64,000 bases of DNA from Lepidodermella squamata (taxonomy: Eukaryota > Animalia > Gastrotricha): NCBI GenBank assembly GCA_047495785.1, contig JBLDXI010000046.1, positions 124,001-188,000 on the forward strand, given 5' to 3'. A program made the translations under genes and the position numbers. This document shows positions 53,901 to 64,000 of the stretch, piece by piece. Positions within the stretch are counted from its first letter, which is position 1. Every line of letters begins with the position of its first letter. The notes beneath the pieces are model-generated. The model made no database searches and was not told the origin of the DNA. It worked only from the letters and a program-made list of their open reading frames with translations.

Positions 53901-56900
53901 GTGCGTGGCGGCTCAATGCGTTTGCCCAGCTGGCTGGACTGGAAGCGATTGCTCGATCAGTTTGTGCCCGGCCAACTTCTGTACGAACGGTGGAGCTTGC
54001 TCGGGTAAAATTGCCGTTGGATTTTTCTTTGATTTTTCAAAAAAACCTTCAAACAGATCTGAACTGGTGCTCGTGCCCAGATCGTTGGACCGGAGCTAAC
54101 TGTTCCGTCCCGAACTGTAACCCAGCCTGTGTATCCGGGGTGTGTATCAACAACGGGACAGCCAGTGTCTGCACCTGTAAACCATTATGGCAGGGTTCTT
54201 ACTGTCAGATTCCTATTTGCAACCCAACGTGCTCAAATGGAGGAATTTGTCAGAAACCGGGCGGAAATTCGTGCTACTGTCCTAATCAATGGACAGGACA
54301 AACTTGCACGCTACCCGTTCTGCAAATCTATGCTGGAAGTTCGGCTTTCACCCCGGATGGGTCCACAGTTTGGAATTCAAGTTTGGCCTAATATCCTACT
54401 TCAAATAAAACCCTGTTATTGTGTTTTGTAGAGAAAATGGTCAGTACTTTCGTCCCGGAAACTGTCGATTCTTCATGTGAGTAACTTCCGAGTTTCCTTG
54501 ATGCAAATTTCATTCTAAATTATCAGATTTGTCCACTCAAACGTGCTGTCCATGCGGCTCATTGCTAATTGATGGGAAATGCATTTTTATCAAAGCTCTA
54601 AATGATTCTCTGCAAGTTTAAGGTGGATTAAACCCATCTCATTCTGAAGCCCATCTTTTCACAGGTATCTAGAAAATCCAGTTATATTTGATGACGCAGT
54701 GGCTGAATGCGTCAAATACGGTATAGTGGGACTAAATGGGCTATCAAGCCATGCATTTTACATTTTTAAGGTGGAACTTTAGCAACTTTCGAGTCTGGAA
54801 ATGCTCAGAGAAATCTGGCGACGTTCTTCTCGTGGCTTTCCTCGGATTCTAACATAAAACTGGCGAAATGGCCTGTTGATTTTTGGGGCACCCCTGATGA
54901 TATCTGCGTCTGGCTTGGGATTTTTCAGGATAAGGTGAACAACAAGTGGTACTGGGAAGGCAACCCGCCAGTTGAGGTTCCGAGCTCACTTTGGGTCAAA
55001 TTTCAAGACACGAGTTCCAACACTTTGGCCTGCGTAGTCCCGGTGGGTTTTCTTCAGTATATTTAGGATCCACCTTATTTCAATATTTCCAAAGCATCGA
55101 TTAAGGCCTATGCTCCGAGCAGCCTCTACAACCGATACCTATCCAGTTCTTTGTCAAATTTCCCAACCTTGCTCCCAGCAATGCAAACAAGGTGATGTCA
55201 AGATTTTCGATCGCTGTTATTCGAAAGGAGCTGGGACGCCTGTGGATCGTTTGGTTGCGAGTCAGTCTTGTGAGGCTCGTGGCGGGAAGTTGACAGCCGT
55301 GAATCAGCAATTTGATGTATCGTATTGGTCGAACGGCCTCTACGATCCAGATGTAGAGAATTTCGACAACGGATGGATAGGCTACAACCACCTTAAATGT
55401 GACTTCAAGCTTATTTGAATAGCTTTGGATAACATTGGTTTTTTTCAAGCTGATTACGTATGGGATACTGATGGCAGGGCTCTGCAGTCGCCGCTCGACA
55501 CTCGTTGGGACATTATGTCGAATGCTCCGTCGAATCAAGTAACAAACAAATGCACGATGGCGACTGGTAGAGGCTGGGTTGATGTCCCGTGTACTGAGAA
55601 CAATGTTTCACCGGCTAACATTGCCTGTCAGGGTCCTGTAGTGACCGCTAGCCAGCAGGTGAGACATTTTTGATTTACCTCAAGTTCCCCTCGAGTTCGA
55701 ACCTCTATTGAATCTCGAATTTCTAGCCATCAACCCCAGCCCCACCTACTACCACAGCAGCTAGCACGTCTACAGGACAGCCGACCACAACTTGGCCGAG
55801 CTATTGCATAGCATCGAAATGCGATGGCGCACGTAAGAACCTAAGTTAGAGTTAAACCTTTGTATGACCAGTATCGATTCAGCACCTTGCCCTGATGGAT
55901 ACACCTACAACTCGTGCTACGACAGGTCTGATTTTTCGTAATAACCAATTTAAAAAAATACAACTTACTCTTTTACAGCTGCTACAAAGTCAGGTGAGTA
56001 ATGTTAACATTTCATCGATAAAAACCGCTAATTGGTATGCTCAGTAATTCGAGGACTTGGTACGATTCGGCACTATGGGACTGCATGAACCGGAATGATC
56101 CTAACTACAGAAGTGCCACTCTTTTTGTCCCGAATTCAAAGGAAGAGCTTGCTGATGTCATGAGAATGCCTGGAGTTTCAACCTCCGACGATTATTGGAT
56201 TGGATTAGTCGTATGTTTTGCAGAAATATAGCACAATATCGGCGAAACACCTTTGAATTACAGGATTTCGGCAGGTTTGTTTCCCTGAACTCTGATTTAT
56301 GAGGAAATTTATTTTGGTTCAGGAGCTTTGGTCCTTATAACCCTACAATAGGAATCTCAGACCCGGGTGAGGATTCCTTTTGCGTCGCTTTAATCACATT
56401 GAGCTTTTCTATCTTTGAAAGATGGCACATGGATGTCGCTAGATGATACTATGACAATTGGGCCACCTTTCACAGCAAAAACTGCGACTCAATTTGTGAA
56501 CTCGAACTATTCATGGCTTACGTTTGCCATGAACCCAACCTTGAACATCGGAAATGATGCAGCATTTCTAGATTACACCGAAAACCAGTGGGCGGTTAGC
56601 CTAGCTGTGCGAACAGCTTCAAGTAACCAAAAGGCCTACATTTGTGAAGTAATTTCGCTTGGTACATCAAAGTTCTAGAAATACTTCTTTTTTTACAGTT
56701 CTCATCAGCGTGCAAATTGTGTCCTGGAGGTAGGCGTTTTAATTGCATTCAGCAGATTTGTTAATCCTACGCAATCTTATAGGCTGGAGGAAATACCTTG
56801 ACCAGTGTTTTGCTTATAATTCATATACCTACACTGCAGATGGGGCTAAAGCAGCTTGCAGGAGTTTAGACTCAGATGCTACTTTGTTCAGACCGCGAAC

Positions 56901-59900
56901 ACCGAGTATCTTTCAGTTCGGCCGCTGGATTATCGAGGAGCTTGGTTTTCCGTCTTGGATGGGCCTAGTCTACAGAGGTCCATCTGCCTTTTCCTGGGAG
57001 GTGGGGATGATTTATTGAATAAAACCCAGATAAATATGAGTGTTTACTGGCAGGATACTGGCCAGAATCTTGACGGAACGAGCCAGGCTAAATTTTTGTA
57101 TGTGGCATCAACCGATACTTCTAAGTCGCAATTTGCGTGGGGTGCTAACAACCAATGGCTGAATTACTACCCATCGAGTTCTGCTTATATGATATGTCAA
57201 ATGGGCTGGCAATCTGTTTTCACTGCAACGACTACGACATCCACGACCTCTACAACTACGACGTCATGCCGAGTAAAATTGATGGCTACTAAAAAGGATT
57301 TATGTCCACTTTGAAGGGAATTATAGGACAAATGCTGCCCGTGTGGTTTTAAATTCATCCAGAACCTCAACAAGTGCCTCATGTTCGTCAACATCTGGTA
57401 CGTTGGTTGTATAATGTGATGACATGTCGAAAACTGACTTTTCCTATAGGCGATCCCGATCAATAGCTATCCAGGAATGTATGACAAGAGGAGCAACTCT
57501 TGTTTCGATCAGTTCGGCCCCTGAATTGCAGAACGTTATTTTTGACTCAGGATTCTCTGGGTCCTATTATTGGACATCTCTCACGAGGAGTAAGATTAAC
57601 CGAACTTTTAGGTTTTATTCCTACATTTTCCCGATAAGATCAATACGGCGTCTGGTCTTGGCCTGATGGTTCAGTGCCGACCAGTGCTGTAATTGGAAAC
57701 TTGGGTTCTGCTAACGACTGCTACGGGGCGTTTGTTACCAAATCTCCAGCAGGGGTGTATTCAGTTTGCGGTTACGACTACACCACCCAGCCTGTTAATC
57801 CTACACTGAATATGACATTGATTTCCCCCAGTGCGAGTCATCTTGCTTTTTACATTTGCGAAATCGCAAGCCCTTGCTCAAGTGAGTGAAAAATTGGACC
57901 CTATCTACATAGATAGGAATTTTGTCGCTACAGGTTGTCGGAATCCGAATTTTGAGGCCGGCCTATCGCTGTATGCTAATAATACCGGGTTCAATCTACC
58001 CCTCCGAGTTGCACCTAACAAGTGCGTTTGGATCTTCAACAACACATCTTCGGATCGGGCTACCAATGTTAAAGCTTGCAAAGCGGCAGGCCTGGACCCT
58101 CTCGCGTTGACTAATCGCTACGAGAATGAAGTTGTTGAACGATTTCTCACGGCTTCAAGCCGCAGAATATGGACTGATCTTATTCTAGGCGATACAAGTT
58201 TGTTCTTTTGTTCCCAAGTTCCAACTCTTGGATAAGAGGATCTAAGAGGGTCCAATTGGGGACATCAAAAAATGGGAAAATAAATGTTTAAGCTGGATTT
58301 TTCAAATTCGATTTTTCGGATTTTGATACTTGAAATGTTCTTTGCTCACTTTCAATTTCAATTTTTCAGCTGCTTACTCTTGGGATGGTGAAAGTGGCTC
58401 CTACAGTCGGCTCTCAGCTGCTCCGACAAATACTTGGCAACAACCCTGCGCTTTCATCGAGAAGAACACCTCGAAAGTTACCGTCGATTCTTGCGTGAAC
58501 CCTCGCTATCCAATCTGCTCGATTCCTTCAGCCGCATCTTGCGCTGATATGTGCCCAAGGGGCTTCATTTGGATCACAGCTGGTAAAATTGGTGGAACAT
58601 GCATCAGAGTTGTATTGAAGTAAGCTTTCCTTCGTAAATTTCTTTCCTACAACGGCATATTGTTTAGTGAAACTGCTGGCACGCCACTTCAAGCTAGGAA
58701 GCGATGCTACGAGATGTTTGGAACCTACAACCTACTTTCAATGAATAACGAGAAAACACAGACGGAAGTTGCGAGCTACCTTAAGAACATTTCGGCAGTT
58801 CATGGAACTGACTTTTGGATCGGGCTTGACAACAGTTTTACGAAAATAGGCGGCGTGCTGTATGTTCGGTACCCCACGGATCCTGACAGTAGTAAGTTTA
58901 TTCAAACATTGCCGTATCCCATTTGCTAACCGGGTTCGCTATAGAATGGATTTGGGACAATGGAGAAGCGACTTTCCCGCCTTTGGCAAAGTTATGGAAA
59001 GCCGGTCAGCCAGATAACAACAACGGATTTGCTTTCATTGACTACGATGCGAACACACCTTCAGTTCCACTTGCAACTCTCCACGAGTCTCAAACCTCTT
59101 GGAAGTATTTCATCTGTGAAAGGACCCAGCCATGCTTGACCTGCGAACCCGATTGGGTCTACTTCAACGGCCGCTGCTTTCGCAACTTCAAATTCACGTC
59201 GCCTATTTATCAAAACCAAGTGCGAGGCTTATGCGACTTTTACGGGGCTTACACGGCTACGATGAATTCTGGCGTTAAGGACCTCTTCATCCGGAACTTG
59301 ATCGGGAGGACGACCAACAATGGCTATACTGTTTATATATCTCTATACCGCTCTAGAACGCCTCTGGTTGCAGCAGGGAATACACCTCTCTGTAAGTTGA
59401 TTTTAGTTCGAGTTTAATGAACAAATTAATGGATGGCGATAGCTTGGTTCCATTGGGATGATGGAACAACAATGGCCGACACCCAGTACGGCCGTCTAAG
59501 CGATACCGAGCCGGATATGGGCGGGCAGGGTGTCAATTCGAATTACGAATCAGGCTTCGGTCTGATCTTATGGAGCGATGGAGGCCCATGGGTCGATTTA
59601 CCTTACACAGTCGGAATGCTGGATTCCATTTGCGAAAAAGATGCCTTCACGTATTTGTATCCGTGCCCAAAAGGTGTGATAGACAATTACATTTAAATTT
59701 TGAAGTAAATTCTGCCTTTTAAGTTGGTTCTGGACCATCCGCTTGTGGCGACTCCCTAATGACATCGGTCTACGTCAATGCAACAACAGGATTCAACGCC
59801 AGCTCGGCTACAACAGCTAATCCACCTCAAGGCATGATCACAACTGGCGGTGCTTGGATACCTGTTTTATCAGATAACACCCCATGGCTTAGGGTAAGGA

Positions 59901-62900
59901 TTCCGATCTTGAGCGGTCAATTCGTAATTCCAAGTTTTTAAAGGTGAAATTTAATTCCCCTGTCTACATTCGGGCGGTGAATCTAGCAGGTGGCTTGGCT
60001 ACAGCCGGAATTGTGACCAATTATCGCCTGCAGTACAAAAGTGTTTCAACAGCTACAACTTGGGAAGATTTCTACGTTCACCGTGCGATTGCATACTTCA
60101 GTAAAACCAGCCCGTTATACTTCGCTGGTCCAGCCCAGGCTTCGGTGAAAAGCAATCAGGAGATCTGCCCCAGGGTCCCAGCTAGTGACGTTCTATTCAC
60201 CTCTGCAGCATGGGTAGGAAGACCTGCCGTGAGGCTCGATTTCAGAGGATGCGACTTAACTGATCAAGGTGAATCAATTTTAACAATTTTGCGAAATTAC
60301 TAATTCTTAATTTAGTGAGCACCTACTGCGATTGTTGGAGCGAATTGCTGCTTCATTCAGAAGTTTTCGGATGGTGGAGTGCTGCCACTCTAAGGACTTT
60401 CCCATTTCTCCCCGAAACGATTCTCGCTGATTCGTTTGAATCGACATCGACTAACGGAGCTCCTCTACTTCGAGAGGATCAGTTCAATGGAAAACTAGTC
60501 CCAGATGGCTGGCTACCTAAGGTTGCAGACAGTACGAATTTCTGGCAGGTACGATTCAGAATTCTCAGGGTAATCACTGGCCTGGTTATGACTGGCCGGA
60601 AAGTCTCTGGCGAGACGAATTACATAACTGCCTACTACGTAAAATGGTCAACGTCTGGCCACGAACACACATTCAACGACTATCAAAGTTCAGATGGAAA
60701 CCCTAAGGTGAGATATTATATCGTTATTAGATCCTTCTCTTAATCATTACCGACCAGCTCTTCGCCGGTATATTAAACCAAGCTGCGAGTGTTCAGCAAA
60801 CGTTTTGCCCGCCTATCAAGGCCCTGGCCGTTAGAATTGTCCCAAGCGGGTATATCAACAAGCCAGGGATGGTATTGGAAATGTTTGGATGTGCCGCCCG
60901 GGGTAGAAGGTGCTTTGATTGCTGCGACGAAACCAAGGGTTGCCAATGCTTCTGCCCGGTCGGTTACTCCGGATCAACATGTAGCACGCCGAGTTCTGAT
61001 TTTATTATTGAATCTGAGGCACCGATCTGCGAATCTACCGATATTCTTCCTATGGTCCTCACTAGCCGATGGGGTGGTAGGGGCATTCTTGCTTCCTCGG
61101 CTCTGGACGAGGCTAGATACGCTGTTTTCGGCCAAGACCCCCTCAGAGCTTGGATTCCTACAAACAGCGATACGAGGCCTTTCATCGAGGCGGATTTCGG
61201 CAGAGTCATGTCGATAAGCATGATTCAGGTAGCTGGAAATCAGAGCGGGACTATTCGAACCTATGCTGTTTGGTTCAAAGTTCCGAACAAAGGCGATAAC
61301 ATGTTTTACCCGATCTTGACGACCCAAACTGACCCATCATCTCCAATACTCCCAATACCTGGAGCTCGGGATGGTAATGTGGCGAACTATATTCCCTACA
61401 GATTCTGCCCAAATATCCGGACTAATGCTTTGAGAATTCAGCCTTTGACTAGCATTGGGCTAAAGGCGATGAGATTGAGGGTATTTGGATGCCCTCCTCA
61501 TGCACCCTGCTCTACTTGTTGCACAAATGCCGAGGGCTGTACCTGCAAATGCCCGATCGGTTATAAGACCAATTATCAATCTTCGACAGCCGTGAATCCT
61601 TGGGAACATTGCGGTAAGTCTCTTAGGTTTAATTTCGATTCTAATTTTGCTGATTTTGAACAGAACAATGGCAATTCCAGCCAATCGATTGTGAAGATCT
61701 TGCCCTCCATCAGCCGAACCTTCCGAGTGGGGTCTATACCATATACCCACCCGGAATCGCCCCGAGACAAGTCTATTGTGAAATGAAGGACTACGGAGGT
61801 GGCTGGACAATCATTCAGCAAAGAATCGATAACACGCAGGATTTTTATCAAAATTGGGCGGCTTACAAGGCTGGTTTCGGACAAATCACCGCCAACTTCT
61901 GGCTTGGAAATGATGCTATTTACCAACTAACAAACGGGTTGAATACTTATACGATAATGTTCGAGTTGACTGCTTTTGACGACGAGCTCGCCATCGCTAG
62001 CTACGACAGTTTTAGAATTGAAAATGAAGCGAATAGGTACACACTGCGACTCGGCAACTTCATATGCGGAAAGGCCGGTAGGGACTTTCGCAACACTATC
62101 ATCCGCAGATATTGTAAAGGGATAGATTTTAAGGCGATTCGTTCTCGTATCAAAACAACATGGGATTTCAAACAAAGGACAACCAAGGCGGTTCGAATTG
62201 CGTCTCAAGATTCAACGGCGCGTGGTGGCATAATGCTTGCCATCAGAGGTAAGCCTGAAATATTTTCTAAAGCAGTTGGGATATTATCTTCCTATAGCAA
62301 CCTGAATGGGCTGTATGGATCGAAGACCTTTGGGGTTGGTATAAACTGGCTAACGTTCAAAGGCTACTACGAGTCGAATAAGGCCACGCGAATGATGATT
62401 CGCCGCTCGCCATTCCTCTACTCGCTACCACGTAAGGATTCAGGTAATATAAGATGGCTCTTCTTAATGCAGACTATTTTCCAGCCTTTTTACCGACCTA
62501 TACTTACCCAACTGACTGTCAAGATATCCTACAGAATGACCCGCTCTCTGGTTCGGGAGTCTATCGAATCTACCCAGCTGAGACTCCTCTATCGACCGTA
62601 GTAACCGTTTACTGCGATATGGCTGCTCTGGGAGGTGGCTGGACCTCAATTTCTCGAAATTTCGACTCGACTGGAAATTTCAGCCAAAACTGGGCAGCTT
62701 ACGCTAAGGGCTTCGGCGACCCAAGCGGCAATTACTACCTAGGAAACGAAGCTATCTCTCAAATGACGAATTTCCAAAAGTCAAACCTACCGTACAATCT
62801 TGCTGTTGTGCTTGAGGATTCAAGTGGCGACAAACGTACGGCTTACTACACCAATTTCTATCTAGGCGATGCCACCGCGAATTACCAGCTTAATTTTGCC

Positions 62901-64000
62901 AGCTACGTAACGAATGATGTGGATCTACCAGGTATGAAATAGCCCTAATGAAAATTAAGCTGTATTAAGGATGATCTCTCTAAATGAAGGTGATAGTTTG
63001 ACTGCTCACAAATCACAAAAATTCAAGACTATCGATAAGCAAAACAATGACATGTGCCCACAAAGTCGCAGCGGTGGGTGGTTTTTCAATCAAAACCTGT
63101 ACGCAGAAAACAGTGGCTATTGCCTCGAGGCAAATCCCCATGGCCGGTACGGCAACAACGATTTCGAAATGGGTCTCAATTGGGTGACCTGGAAAGGTCG
63201 TTACGAATCACTGAAATCGATAATTTTGATGGTGAAACGGCCTAGTAAGCGCTATTTGGCTTCATTTTGGGTACTAATACAGAGATTTTTTTAGATGAAA
63301 AACCGATCGATTGCCAACATCTCCTGACTCAAATCGGCGGGACAGCTACGGATAAGGCTTATTGGGTGTACCCATTTAGACAACCACCTCTTTTCGTGTC
63401 CTGCCAAATGAGTGCCGATATCAATGGAGTTACTGGTTGGACGGTACCTCGACCACCAATTCAACCAACTTTAAAGCCTAAAAACCTTTGTTTTTCAAGC
63501 TTATTCAGCGGAGGAAGACCAACAACATCGACTTCACCAAGACGTGGGCTCAATACAAGGTAGGTTTTGGAAACGGGGGCGCATCTGGTTCGGATTTCTG
63601 GATAGGTAAACGTCACATTGGAAAAATAAAAACAGAATAATTTTGAATCCCTAGGAAATGATGTCCTGAACGTTTTGACAACAACGGCATCTTACATGCT
63701 AAGGATAACGGTTGTAGCTCAAAACGGGTCATCGTTCTGGGCTCAGTACAACCATTTTAGGATTCTGAGTGAAAGTGATGGCTATCGATTGCAAGTTTGG
63801 GCATATTGGCCGAATAGTACTCTCCGTAAGTCTTTAAGCTTAACAGCTAGTTCTAATTAATCTATCGAATTCCAGCCGAGGCTTTTAACTGGCACCATGG
63901 CAATACTTTCTCCACAATTGATCGTGGCAATACGGCTTGCGCTAATTCCTACAAAGGCGGATGGTGGTACCGTAGCAGTGAATGCTACCGCGTCAATTTG
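50933..64000 (+). CDS. Giant secreted or membrane multidomain protein: LamG-like, about a dozen EGF, about 8 C-type lectin, 3 F5/8 type C (discoidin) and at least 3 fibrinogen-related domains; truncated by the window end
   Basis: Signal peptide at 50933; CxNGGxC..CxC repeats 52.0-54.3 kb; WIGL/YICE modules 54.5-59.6 kb; discoidin motifs ([16 protein letters not shown]) 59.7-61.5 kb; FReD motifs ([29 protein letters not shown]) from 61.7 kb. That this is one transcript is inferred from continuous short introns. Confidence 0.8.
51572..51775. mobile_element. Degenerate MITE-like insertion in intron 1 of the giant gene
   Basis: Imperfect inverted ends (GGTGAAATAAACCGAAAATTACC / GGTGATTTTCGGTATTTTACACC) and an internal GGGGGTAC-TGTACCCCC hairpin; no clear TSD. 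Confidence 0.4.

Noticed and set aside
54618-55080. TAAGGTGGAT / ATCCACCTTA inverted pair suggesting a MITE
   Set aside because: Only about 10 bp, the interval contains genuine lectin exons, and the same word occurs singly elsewhere (near 5630 and 47325).
60964-62649. Several 60-117 aa minus-strand ORFs
   Set aside because: Antisense shadows of the discoidin and fibrinogen exons with no independent signal.

Overview
Eukaryotic DNA from a compact, gene-dense invertebrate animal genome: GT-AG introns of mostly 45-80 nt, AATAAA signals, signal peptides, a Cys-loop receptor, a collagen and fibrinogen domains. The organism cannot be determined from this window. Layout: (0-7.2 kb) three ConA/LamG-like genes plus small secreted and membrane orphans; (7.2-29.6 kb) an interleaved block of 13 Golgi-type enzyme genes from four unrelated families (4 METTL24-like methyltransferases, 4 GT92, 4 GT31, 1 alpha-2/alpha-6-type fucosyltransferase), followed by two C-type lectins; (33-34.6 kb) an orphan Cys-loop channel subunit; (34.7-43 kb) a nest of DNA transposons with readable TIRs and TSDs (a MULE carrying a Tc1/mariner-type element and a hAT MITE, then a second hAT inserted in a palindromic repeat); (43-49.5 kb) a GT7, an ankyrin protein, a Thr-rich minicollagen and a peptide precursor; (50.9 kb to the end) a giant LamG-EGF-CTL-discoidin-fibrinogen gene that runs off the window. 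The two strongest leads are a candidate animal gene cluster for a methylated, fucosylated galactan-type glycan, and two homologous spliced prepropeptide genes (3101-3454 and 49068-49496) with a C-x18-C ring that the ORF track does not assemble. All family calls come from motif recognition by eye; no database search was run.
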